Source of the DNA: Octopus sinensis
Taxonomy: Eukaryota
NCBI RefSeq assembly: GCF_006345805.1
Contig: NW_021835737.1
Span: forward strand, 1-27,842
Direction: 5' to 3'
DNA length: 27,842 nucleotides
This document shows, one piece after another, positions 1 through 9,823 of this stretch (position 1 is its first letter; the number at the start of each line of letters is the position of its first letter). A model generated the notes under the pieces. The model saw nothing but the letters and a program-made list of their open reading frames with translations, was not told the origin of the DNA and did no database searches. Position numbers and translations under genes: made by a program.

Positions 1-74
1 ATGTAATCGATTTAATCGGTTGTCTGTCCTTGTGTTCTCTCTTGTATTTAGCCCCTTGTGGGTAGTAAAGAAAT
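1..74 (+). mobile_element. 3' part of a SINE (same family as 349-750)
   Basis: atgtaatcga...ttagccccttgtgggtagtaaagaaata matches the 3' part of the copies at 349-750. Confidence 0.65.
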
Positions 75-348
75 ATATATGAGTAAGGGCTTTGTGTATG
101 TGTGTGTACGATGGAGGGTGGGAGTTAAGCAGCCAACAGCAGCCTCCAAACAGCTACCTATCCCACTCCCATACCCTCTCAGCCTTATCTCTTAGAAAAT
201 GAAAGATATCACGAAGATAATGAAATCCGTGTATGTTTTGTGGGGGGGTGGGGGTATTAACATGAATAAACAAATTTCACAATATCTACCTGTTCGCATA
301 ATCATATAGAAAAGGAATCAGAACAACATTAGCATTATACATAGAATT

Positions 349-750
349 TTTGTTATCGTTAGCGCGCCGGGCGAAATGCTTAGCGGTATTTCGTCTGACG
401 TTACGTTCTGAGTTCAAATTCCGCCGGGATCGTCTTTGCCTTTCATTCTTTCGGGGTCGATTAAAAAAGTACCAGTTTCAAAACTGGGTCGATGTAATCG
501 ACTTAATCCTTTGACTGTCCTTGTTTGTCCCCTGTGGTTTAGCCCCTTGTGGTAGTAAAGAAATAGGTATTTCGTTCTCTCGTTACGTTCTGAGTTCAAA
601 TTCTGCCGAGGTCGACTTTGCCTTTCATCCTTTGGGGTCGATAAATAAAGTACCAGTTTCGCACTGGGGTCGATGTAATCGACTTAATCCCTTTGTCTGT
701 CCTTGTTTGTACCCTCTATGTTTAGCCCCTTGTGGGCAATAAAGAAATAT
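349..750 (+). mobile_element. Two head-to-tail copies of a tRNA-derived SINE (about 349-568 and 569-750)
   Basis: B-box-like gagttcaaattcc in both copies. The central ggtcgactttgcctttcatcct..ggggtcgataaataagtacc resembles the conserved MetaSINE-type central domain. Both share a 3' end. Confidence 0.75.
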
Positions 751-794
751 ATACATAGAATTTTTATATACATTTGAAAATATGTATGCTACAA

Positions 795-1080
795 CAGTGC
801 TACCCAAAGTGGTGGTTCGCGGATCGATGCTGGTACGCGACTAATTTCCAGAAAAGGAAGAAACGTTTTAAAATGCATATAAAGTGCTTAGGCAATATTG
901 TATTATTTGTTTACAAAATAAATACAAGGTTAAAAAAAAATTGTCAACTTTTATTACATTCATTATATATATATATTGTTTCCGGTATAAATTAATATTA
1001 TTAAGAAATATTACCGACCCCTGGCACGCTGGAAAAGAAAAGCTGCCGGTACCCCACTTCAAATAGTTTGAGAAGCACTG
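795..1080. mobile_element. hAT-like MITE, about 286 bp
   Basis: Termini cagtgctacccaaa ... tttgagaagcactg are imperfect inverted repeats. The 8-bp flanks tgctacaa and aactacat share ctaca, consistent with a decayed TSD. Confidence 0.6.
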
Positions 1081-1111
1081 AACTACATGATACACACTAC
1101 GTGTATATACA

Positions 1112-1490
1112 CTTTTACTCTTTTACTCTTTTACTTGTTTCAGTCATTTGACTGCGGCCATGCTGGAGCACCACCTTTAGTACTTATTCTATCGGTCTCT
1201 TTTTGCCGAACCGCTAAGTGACGGGGACGTAAAACACCAGCTCGTTGTCAAGCAATTGCTAGGGGGACAAACACAGACACACAAACACACACACATATAC
1301 ATATATATACATATATACGACAGGCTTTCTTTCAGTTTCCGTCTACCAAATCCACTCACAAGGCATTGGTCGGCCCGGGGCTATAGTAGAAGACACTTGC
1401 CCAGACACGCGAGTGGGACTGAACACACCGCAAACCGTGTGGTTGGAAGCGCACAAGCTACTTACCACTACAGCACCACTACTCGCCTCC
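1112..1490 (-). mobile_element. tRNA-derived SINE with internal microsatellite and LINE-derived 3' tail
   Basis: Minus strand shows a tRNA-like head, the central gggcaagtgtcttctactatagcc segment, and a tail gtgctccagcatggccgcagtc-aaat-gactgaaacaagt ending in (AAAAGAGT)n. Confidence 0.75.
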
Positions 1491-1511
1491 ATATATGTAT
1501 ATATATATATA

Positions 1512-1568
<57 letters not shown>

Positions 1569-1590
1569 ATATATATTAATCGATATAAAA

Positions 1591-2205
1591 CCCTGATATT
1601 GATTAATTAATGATTTTTTGGCTAATTCTGAAATTAAATCGCAGTTTATATTTGCTGCTAAGCGTTTCGCCCGGCGTGCTAACGTTTCTGCCAGCTCGCC
1701 GCCCTGCAGCTATTGTATATTAAGAATAACAAGGTTGTCAGAATACTGGATGATTGTATGTATTTTTAAATTTTTACCGCTCATATAATCTTCCAACCTT
1801 CTGACTACCTTATTATTTTCGATGCATGTATGTATATATACATATGCATACATTCGACGCACTAGAAAGAGCAGTTAAACTCAAACCGCTAAATAATTGT
1901 AATTCAGAAACCAAAGGAAAATAAAAACATTTACCCTATCATCTTTGGACTATGCATAGTTTCGACATACATATTGGCAAACCGATTTAATTAAATTAAA
2001 TTAAATCAATTTGCCACTGGCCTGTCTCGTCAGCAAAGAAGCCAGGGAAATATATATCCACGAGGCGACAGCATCGACGCCTTGAGAATATATATTCTAA
2101 ATTTTCAAAATCTATCGTCACCGCGCCAACTTATCAGCAGCAAATATAAACTGCCGATTTAATTTCAGAATTAGCCAAAAAATCATTAATTAATCAATAT
2201 CAGGG
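1591..2205. mobile_element. Unclassified MITE, about 615 bp, with about 70-bp terminal inverted repeats
   Basis: ccctgatattgattaattaatgattttttggctaattctgaaattaaatc(g)gcagtttatatttgctgct at 1591-1659 is mirrored at about 2136-2205. The CCCT terminus recalls piggyBac, but no TTAA TSD is present. Confidence 0.7.
1657..1703 (-). mobile_element. Isolated 5' head of the SINE family at 349-750, inside the MITE
   Basis: Minus strand ggcggcgagctggcagaaacgttagcacgccgggcgaaacgcttagc matches cgttagcgcgccgggcgaaatgcttagc at 357-384. Confidence 0.65.
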
Positions 2206-2382
2206 TAGCAAAAAATTCAAGAGAAATATTTCGCCACCAGCGGTCCAGTGAGAAAGAAAAAAATAGTTTATCAATTCCTTAATATTGTTGAATGTACATT
2301 ATATAGTCTGTTGACTATTTTTTCTTTCTCCCTGGACCGCTGGTGGCGAAAAATTTCTCTCGAATTTTTTTTGCTGAACCCT
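2202..2382. repeat. Fold-back inverted repeat with about 65-bp arms
   Basis: agcaaaaaattcaagagaaatatttcgccaccagcggtccagtgagaaagaaaaaaatagt is mirrored by actattttttctttctccctggaccgctggtggcgaaaaatttctctcgaattttttttgct. Confidence 0.85.
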
Positions 2383-2521
2383 AATTATATAAAGTAATGT
2401 TTAAATTTACCGTATATGGTCCTTTTACATACTGAACACTGCATGGTAAAATTATTAATTACTAATTAATGAATAAATTTTACCCTTATTATTATTGACT
2501 ATATATATATTATAATATATA

Positions 2522-2553
<32 letters not shown>

Positions 2554-2554
2554 C

Positions 2555-2780
2555 ATATTAATTAGAGACAAAAACCACTATTATGCAAATCAAACAAACA
2601 AAGACTTAATCCAATACATAAAAATTTTTATATAAATTAATATAATTAAGTCTTTCTTTGTTTGATTTGCATAATAGTGGTTTTGTCTCTAATTAATATT
2701 ATATTATATTTTACTATAAAATTGGATTCAATCCTAAATCTGATTTTCCCTGTAAATTTGGATTTATTCCCTAATATTTA
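2555..2780 (-). repeat. Fold-back element (about 55-bp arms, 2555-2699) plus an 80-bp tail, embedded in (TA)n
   Basis: atattaattagagacaaaaaccactattatgcaaatcaaacaaacaaagacttaat is mirrored at 2645-2699. The tail at 2700-2780 matches the reverse complement of about 20335-20400. Confidence 0.8.
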
Positions 2781-2787
2781 TTATTAT

Positions 2788-2842
<55 letters not shown>

Positions 2843-3943
2843 ATGTGTGTGAATATAAATATATATTTATACACACACATTCACACACATATATATATAT
2901 GCATAGAGAAATGTGTGACCGTGAACGATATGGGTGCAGAGTATGTACTTGTGTGACACAGAACCGGAGAAGGCAAAAAATTGAAAGATAAAAGGAGAGA
3001 GAAAGAGATGGAAAACATAGAGCAGTGGTGACCCCTTTTATGTACCCAAAATCCCTCTGGTCCAAGAAGTGAACTGAAATCTTTTGAAATCTCTTAAGTT
3101 TTCTACTGCTGTGAGGGGAGGGGCAAGGGGAACAACTGATTGTTGACTTCCCCACCGACCACAGTGTTTGAAACCACCACACACACACACACACACACAC
3201 ACTCTCTCTCTCTCGTTTCCCTCTATCTATCTACGTACTTATCTATCTATCTTTCTTTCTTTACATCTATCCATCCTTACCTGGGTTTATACCGAGGCGA
3301 AAACACACGCGCTCATGTACACATACACACACATATATTTATATATGTACATGTATATACGTGTTTGTGTGTGTGTGTGTGTGCACATGTATATGTGTAT
3401 TACCCCATATGTATATGCCTTTGGGTGTGTGAGTAGACGTATATCGAATAGATGCACATTTACGTACATATTTACACACATCAATTTTGAGCTTTCAATA
3501 TTTAGCCAATATAATAGTATCTACACACAGAAGTACCTTCATATAGACACTCTTATTCATGTCCATGTACTCGCATATCGATTTCTAAGATCTTTTCTCA
3601 ATTTTGAAATTCAAGAAAAAAAAGAAAAAGAAGAAAATAAAAAACAGACGCCAAAGCTTCTTTAGTTTAAGTTTATTATATATTCATTTTGGGGTGAATA
3701 TAAAATAAATTCCTTTAAACGAAACGCTTTTAATTGTTCATATAAGATTTTAATATTGGTATACGGAATAAAAGGTAATACCTTATATGCGTACGCATAC
3801 ACATATATATGTGTGTTTGTAAGGTAGATGGAGAGATGATATTGATTTATATACCTTTATATATACATAACTATATATATTTAATAGAAATATTAAAATA
3901 ACTAAGTCTCTCTAAAAGAGAACAGAGGCAGCGTTCCCGGAAA

Positions 3944-4148
3944 ATAATAGTTATCGCCATACTAATATGGCATTCTTATAAAAATAAGAAAAAAGCTGTC
4001 CGCTTATTAGCTCCATGAGGCCTCGCCTTATTTGGATACAGTTTGTGTATCAAATAGCTAACTTAGGCGATGGCCTCATGAGCTAATAAGCGGACAGCTT
4101 TTTTCTTATTTTTATAAGAATGCCATATTGTATGGCGATAACTATTAT
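3944..4148. repeat. Fold-back inverted repeat with about 85-bp arms
   Basis: ataatagttatcgccatactaatatggcattcttataaaaataagaaaaaagctgtccgcttattagctccatgaggcc is mirrored at about 4068-4148 with only small indels. Confidence 0.9.
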
Positions 4149-4520
4149 ATTATTTACATACGCATCTGTATTATAATAATCTCTACATCCATACATACAG
4201 ACATACACAACATACATACATACTACATACATAATACATGCATACAGTACATGCATATATATATATATATATATATAAATATTTATATATATATATAATA
4301 TATATATATATACATATATACAAACACGTACGCTTTTATTTATGTAGATATGTATGTTATAATATGTACATACACATACGTATATCTATGTATAAATATA
4401 GGTATATGTATGTGGTATATCTACATATATATATATGTATACAATATTGAGCATATACATACGTACCTATAACACGGTATATATAATATATATATGTATA
4501 TATATATACATACATATGTT

Positions 4521-4562
<42 letters not shown>

Positions 4563-4592
4563 ATATATATATATATATTATATATATATATA

Positions 4593-4742
4593 CAGTGTGA
4601 TCGAAAAGTAACTCTAAATTTTTAAAAATACTTAGCATACTGCTGCTGTATGCTCTCTTAACATATTCATTTTTTCTAAAAATTATAGTAATAAATAAAT
4701 TATAAGTGTTTTAAAATAGGGAGTTACTTTTCGATCACACAG
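4593..4742. mobile_element. 150-bp internally deleted derivative of the Tc1/mariner at 11456-12347
   Basis: Same TIRs (cagtgtgatcgaaaagtaactc ... gagttacttttcgatcacacag), TA flanks, and the same position just upstream of the family-A hairpin. Confidence 0.8.
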
Positions 4743-4782
4743 TATATATATTTATATATATATATATATAATCAAGTGTCTT

Positions 4783-4927
4783 GCAACAAGTGGCTTCACC
4801 AATAACTGAAAATTTAGAAATAGCAGCCAAAGATAGCAAAATCGTTTTACTAGATACATAGTGAAAGGAATTAGCTGTCTTCTGCTGCTAATTTTAATTT
4901 TCGGTATGTGGTGAAGCAACTTGTTGC
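4783..4927. repeat. Family-A hairpin of about 150 bp, copy 1 of 6 (others 7119-7267, 12589-12733, 14359-14515, 19207-19354, 26366-26513)
   Basis: agcaacaagttgcttcaccacataccgaaaatttagaaatagcagc..aagacagctaattc-tttcacta-gagaca-tagtgaaa-gaattagctgtctt..gctgctatttctaaattttcggtatgtggtgaagcaacttgttgct forms a stem of about 70 bp with a 6-nt loop. Confidence 0.85.
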
Positions 4928-5059
4928 TAAACCCTTAATAATATTTATAATTATAGATATAAAAAAACTTTTTGTGCAAGTTTTTACCGATAATGGTTCA
5001 ATTTCCACATCGAAACTACTTGGAAAAATTTATTAATTATTAAATTAATAATTCTTTAC

Positions 5060-5900
5060 CCTAATTGGGTAAATAATTATGGGATGTAGTTTATTTGTAG
5101 TACTACAAAATTTCAAGAAACACACACACACATGCACACGCACACACACACACATGCACACGCACACACACACATGCACACGCACACACACACATCTTAT
5201 TAGATTCTTCCTTTCGTTTTCTTTTTAAGGTAGGTATATGTGTAGGATAGGTCGCATTTTGGGGCTGCTATTTACTGCTTAACTCCCACCATCCCCCTCA
5301 AATACACACACGTCTTTTAGCTTCTGTCTTTCTTTCCTTTGTTATTTAAGGTAATGGTGAGACGGTAAAGGTATGTAATTTGGGCTGCTATTTTCTGCTT
5401 ATCTCCCATCCACTATCACAAACACACACATTTCAATAGCTACTTCATTTCTTTCTGTCTTTCTTTATTTAATTTTTTAAAGAAGGTGGGGTTGAGTTAG
5501 TATTGGCTGCTTAACTCCCTGCCCCCATCACACAACCACACTCTCTCTCTCTCTTTCTCTCTCTCTTTACTTCTTTCTCTCACACACAAATCCCTATAAG
5601 CCCTTACGTATACACATGTCAGGTACAAATAATTCATGGGTGCTATTGGGGACATTTTGGTAGAACTGCGTCGTAATATTTGGACGCTACAATCCATGCG
5701 TGACCTCCTTTGTGAGCGATACGATGGGCTTTTACCTTTAACCATAATACATTTAAAGGATTATGTATTATATCTGTCTCGAAATATAGTATATTTAGGT
5801 GTAAATATAATATATATTAGTTTTGATGAATCGTTTATAATTGTTGGAATAAGATTTCAATATTAGTATAAGTAATAAAAGGTAATACATTATATACGTG
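5060..5900 (+). repeat. Composite repeat block with 2-3 internal sub-repeats of about 120 bp (also about 9980-10480, 12870-13560, 17210-18050, 19500-20240, 26640-27460; inverted fragment about 105-200)
   Basis: Recurrent gggctgctattttctgctta(a/t)ctccc followed by (CA)n or (CT)n and a pyrimidine tract ending ttttaaagaaggt. Confidence 0.7.
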
Positions 5901-5912
5901 CGCATACACACG

Positions 5913-5957
<45 letters not shown>

Positions 5958-5979
5958 TAATATATATACACACATACAC

Positions 5980-6012
<33 letters not shown>

Positions 6013-6278
6013 GGTGAGAAAAAATTTAGATTTCAAATGAATATGGTACTTAATTTAGATGCACCAGAATTTTGGATGGTGTTATCCATAAAAATCCGTG
6101 GGGTGATTATAATCAAAATAAGCAACAAGAATGACTCCGGTCATGGATATATATATATATATATATATATATACCGGAGTAAATACATAAATGTGAAACA
6201 AGGTGGAAGAAAGAGTACTCAAATACCAGTGGTAGAGTAATATGCTTTATTTTAAGCAGCAGAAAATATCAACAAAAT

Positions 6279-6316
6279 CTGTTACTCTGAGTTTCTCGTT
6301 GCCTTTCATCAGACAG
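6279..6316 (-). ncRNA. Mirror-image minimal hammerhead motif on the minus strand
   Basis: Minus strand ctgt-CTGATGA-aag-GCAA-cga-GAAA-ctc-a-gag-TA-acag. The core is intact but stem II is weaker than in the plus-strand copy. Confidence 0.5.
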
Positions 6317-6332
6317 TTTTTGCTAGCAAAAA

Positions 6333-6370
6333 CTGTCTGATGAACGGCAACGAGAAACTCAGAGTAACAG
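6333..6370 (+). ncRNA. Minimal type-I hammerhead ribozyme motif
   Basis: ctgt-CTGATGA-acg-GCAA-cga-GAAA-ctc-a-gag-TA-acag: stem I ctgt/acag, intact core, stem II with a GNRA loop (A.A mismatch at 10.1-11.1), short stem III ctc/gag, GUA cleavage triplet. Activity is untested. Confidence 0.65.
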
Positions 6371-6425
6371 ATTTTGTTGAATTTTCTGCTGCTTAAAATA
6401 AAGTATATATATATATATAAAATAT

Positions 6426-6487
<62 letters not shown>

Positions 6488-6810
6488 CGTGTGGTGTGTG
6501 TGTGTTTGTGTGTTTGTAAGGCGAAGGAAGATAATGTTGACTTATACACCTAAGTATATACTTATATAGGTGTCTGTAGGTATATGAAGCTATACATATA
6601 TATATATATATAATTATATATATATATATATATATATATTAATATATATATATATATATTATATATATATATATATTAATCAGCGAATTGCTAAGATGAT
6701 CTGGTTCTTGACTGATGACTGAGGGCTTCGAATGTCCCGTCCTGTGGTTCTTGTGTCGTCTCTGTGGTGTTTCATGTTCTTGTCCATGTCTGTAATATTT
6801 TTACTGTTTA

Positions 6811-6883
<73 letters not shown>

Positions 6884-6891
6884 ATAAATAC

Positions 6892-6941
<50 letters not shown>

Positions 6942-7415
6942 TACACGTATGTTTATTTATGTATATAGGTATAAATATATAAATATATATGTGTATATCA
7001 ATATATATATAGATGTATACAGATAAAAGAATATACACACACATATATATATATATATGTGTGTGTGAGTGTGTGTATATATATATAGATATATAATTGT
7101 AAATTTAATTAAGAAAGTAGCAACAAGTTACTTCACCACATATTCGAAAATTTAGAAACAGCAGCGAAAGACAGCTAATTCGTTTCACTAGAGACATAGT
7201 GAAAGGAATTAACTGTCTTTCGCTGCTTTTTCTAAATTTTCGGTATGTAATGAAGCAACTTGTTGCTAAACCCTTAATTATATTTATAATTATATATAAA
7301 AATATATATTTTTATACCGATAATGGTTTTACCGATAATGTTTCTTTTTTCAATACCGAAATTACTGGGAATAATATATTATATATGAAATTACTAATTC
7401 TTTACCCTACATCTG

Positions 7416-7465
<50 letters not shown>

Positions 7466-7589
7466 TAAATGTGTGCCCGTGAATGATATGTGGGCAGGGT
7501 ATATATCTATATGACAGTGAATGGGAGAGGGTAAAATATAGAAAGAGAAATGCAGAGAGAGCGAGACATCCAAAGTCGACATGGAACCT

Positions 7590-7855
7590 TAGGGACCTTT
7601 TATGTACCCCAAATCCCGTTCTTACTAGAAGTTAAATGAAATCTTTTGAAATTTCTAAATGTTGCCGCTGCTGTGTGGGGAGGGGGGAACGGGGTGAGGA
7701 GTGACGGCTGACCTCTCCCCCCACTTCCCACCGCCCACTCACTTTGTAAAATTCACTGAATTACTACCAAAGGTATGTTTGAAAGTTTGAAACTATAAAA
7801 ACAGGTGGTGGAGGCCCATGGTGACCCGCGGCCTAGAAATGCTTAAACCCTGAAT
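7590..7855 (+). repeat. Interspersed repeat module, also at about 3020-3180, 14820-15085, 24200-24440 and inverted at about 26090-26330
   Basis: Shared blocks tatgtacccaaaatccc, gaaatcttttgaaatttctaaa, ggtatgtttgaaagtttgaaacta and ggtggaggcccatggtgacccgcggcctag. Class not determined. Confidence 0.55.
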
Positions 7856-8007
7856 CGCACACCTTCAATACATATTAACTACATAACCGTGTAGGATATG
7901 TTCTCTCCCCCATTCTCACTTTCTCTCTCTTTCCATAGATGTATTCTTTTTTTCGTTTACTTGTTTACCTGTCTATCTATGTATCTATCTATCTATGTAC
8001 ATATCTG

Positions 8008-8053
<46 letters not shown>

Positions 8054-8589
8054 CATCTATCATTCTAACTATGTATCTGTCTGTCTTTCTGCCTCACTGT
8101 CTGTCTGAGTATCTATCTGTCTATATATCTCTCTAACTCTCTCTCCATCTATCTAAGTATTTATCTATCTATCTTTCTTTCTTTACATCTATCCATCCTT
8201 ACCTGGGTTTATACCGAGGCGAAAACACACGCTCTCGTACATATTCACACACATATATTTATATATGTACATGTATATACGGCTGTGTGTGTGTGTACAT
8301 GTATGTGTGTATTCCCCATTATGTATATGCCTTTGTGTGTGTGTGCATACACTTATATCTATTAGAAGCAGTTGTACGTACATATTTACACATCACAATT
8401 TTGAGCTTTCAATATTTAGCCAATATAATAGTATCTACACACAGAAGTACCTTCATATACACACTCTTATTCATGACCATGTACTCGCATATCGATTTCT
8501 AAGAACACCTTTTCTCAATTTTAAAATACAAAAAAAAAAAAAAAAAAGAAAAGAAAAAAAAACAGACGCCAAATCTTCTTTACTTTAAG

Positions 8590-8595
8590 TTTATT
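8590..8595 (-). promoter_or_regulatory. Candidate polyadenylation signal AATAAA, ZNF copy 1
   Basis: AATAAA lies about 120 nt after the predicted stop and is followed by a U-rich tract. It is conserved at the same position in copy 2 (15840-15845) and in the gene-less unit (3672-3677). Confidence 0.45.
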
Positions 8596-8712
8596 AATGA
8601 TTGCGTTACATGAAATATATGAAGTTAGTTAGAGTCTCTGAGATGTGGTCTGCAAAGACGCCACGAAATTATGCTTGGTGGAATTTATTTACATCTTACA
8701 AATATTCGGAAA

Positions 8713-9767
8713 TTATAAACCAACGGTCATCTGAAAGAGAAAATGGAATTATTGATAAAATATATATGAAAGTATCAGAGTGGAATGTACTAATGCCCAA
8801 ATGAATCTCTATGGCTGGATATCACAAAAATTCATATTTTATAATTGAGACTTATCCCAAATGAATGGAGTGTAGAAACGATCTTTTCAGGAATTTGAAT
8901 ATATTAATCAGAATTGAGAAATAAATATAAAGCAATGGGAAAAGGAGCAAAATCTCTTATAAATCAGTCCATTTTGACTTAAGAAATAATTTCAGATTGG
9001 ATAAATAAAGCTTCACATAAGAAAACAGAGTGGAAATCGTTAGAATGTGAACATTTTTCAGCATTTTAACTTAGGTCTTGTCTGAGCTAAGACTCAAAAT
9101 CTGCAGCTAAATATTTACAAGGTAAATTAGGTGAAAACATACCAGAAAGTACTGCCAATGGGCTTCGTGGACTTTTTGCTCCATTGTTTTACTCGGAGTA
9201 GCATCTGTTGCATTACATACTTTGACGTGGTCCCTTGATTTTTGACGCGACGGAAACGTCTTGTGACATCGTCCACATTCGAATGGTTCATCTATAAAAT
9301 GCTTCAAAACATGGTCCTGAAATGTAACGATATTAATTGTTCGTTTCAATGTATTGATATGTTATACATAAACAGAAATCAATGAATTTGGAAATATTAA
9401 AGACATTCATAGAGTATAAAGTAAAATATAATAATAATATGAATATACATACATTGAAATGACCACGGTGTCTGAAATGTTTATCACAAAGTTTACAGGT
9501 AAACCGAAATTTCTCTTCATGAACAAGCTTGTGGTAGTTTAATGAAGTATTTCGAGTGAATTTCTTCTTACATATGTCGCACTGGTACGGCTTGTCGCCT
9601 GTAAAAAGAAAGTAATAATTATCATTATTTGAACATGATTAAAATACTTTGAGCATCAACTGAAATAAAATGTATAAATGCAATGACTTACCGTAATGAC
9701 TCCTCATGTGAGTTGTTAATGAAGATTTCGAAGTAAATGTCTTGGAACATAATGAACATGTGCACAT
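8713..9767 (-). CDS. C2H2 zinc-finger gene, copy 1. Predicted exons 9767-9692, 9598-9453, 9316-9143, 8730-8713; 137 aa with three C2H2 fingers and one C2HC finger
   Basis: Manual splicing gives MCTCSLCSKTFTSKSSLTTHMRSHYG|DKPYQCDICKKKFTRNTSLNYHKLVHEEKFRFTCKLCDKHFRHRGHFN|DHVLKHFIDEPFECGRCHKTFPSRQKSRDHVKVCNATDATPSKTMEQKVHEAHWQYFL|MTVGL*. All three introns are GT-AG (donors gtaagt, gtatgt, gtatgt; acceptors tttttacag, catttcag, ctctttcag) with compatible phases. Finger 3 is completed only across the exon 2/3 junction. The start codon and last exon are less certain than exons 2-3. Confidence 0.85.
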
Positions 9768-9817
9768 CGTGCTTATATTGTATAAGTTGGGATTAATAAA
9801 TGGAAAAATTGATGTAG

Positions 9818-9823
9818 TTTATA
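9818..9823 (-). promoter_or_regulatory. Possible TATA box upstream of ZNF copy 1 (equivalent site 17065-17070 in copy 2)
   Basis: TATAAA about 50 nt upstream of the ATG in both copies. Weak evidence in AT-rich DNA. Confidence 0.2.

Larger units (their letters stand above)
6174..6403. mobile_element. Insertion in (TA)n made of a 70-bp tail and a 159-bp near-perfect palindrome; probable Penelope-like element terminus
   Basis: Absent from the paralogous positions at about 13800-13860 and 27660-27690. The palindrome 6245-6403 is centred on tttttgctagcaaaaa and contains hammerhead motifs. Confidence 0.65.

Noticed and set aside
349-750. tRNA genes or a CRISPR-like array
   Set aside because: Only B-box-like SINE heads are present, with no cloverleaf. 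The repeats lack unique spacers and the DNA is eukaryotic.
2320-2365. Hammerhead in the 2202-2382 fold-back (ctgga-ccgctggtggc-gaaa)
   Set aside because: The core lacks two bases and no stem I partner can be drawn.
3023-3180. A discrete hAT MITE (cagtggtg ... tttgaaaccac)
   Set aside because: The termini match only weakly, no TSD is visible, and the paralogous modules do not share these ends.
6705-6745. CTGATGA at about 6713 as a hammerhead core
   Set aside because: It is followed by GAAT rather than GAAA, and stems I-III are not consistent.
8601-8804. Plus-strand 67-aa ORF conserved in both duplicates (15851-16051)
   Set aside because: It is antisense to the ZNF last exon and 3' UTR, shows many amino-acid changes between copies, and its similarity is explained by the duplication.
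9071-9106. Alternative exon after the ctgcag acceptor near 9101-9106
   Set aside because: It would need an intron of only about 36 nt and reaches a stop after 9 codons.
9107-9349. 80-aa single-exon ORF (and 16354-16596) as a complete gene
   Set aside because: Only 9143-9316 is exon. The flanking residues are intronic read-through across clear AG and GT sites.
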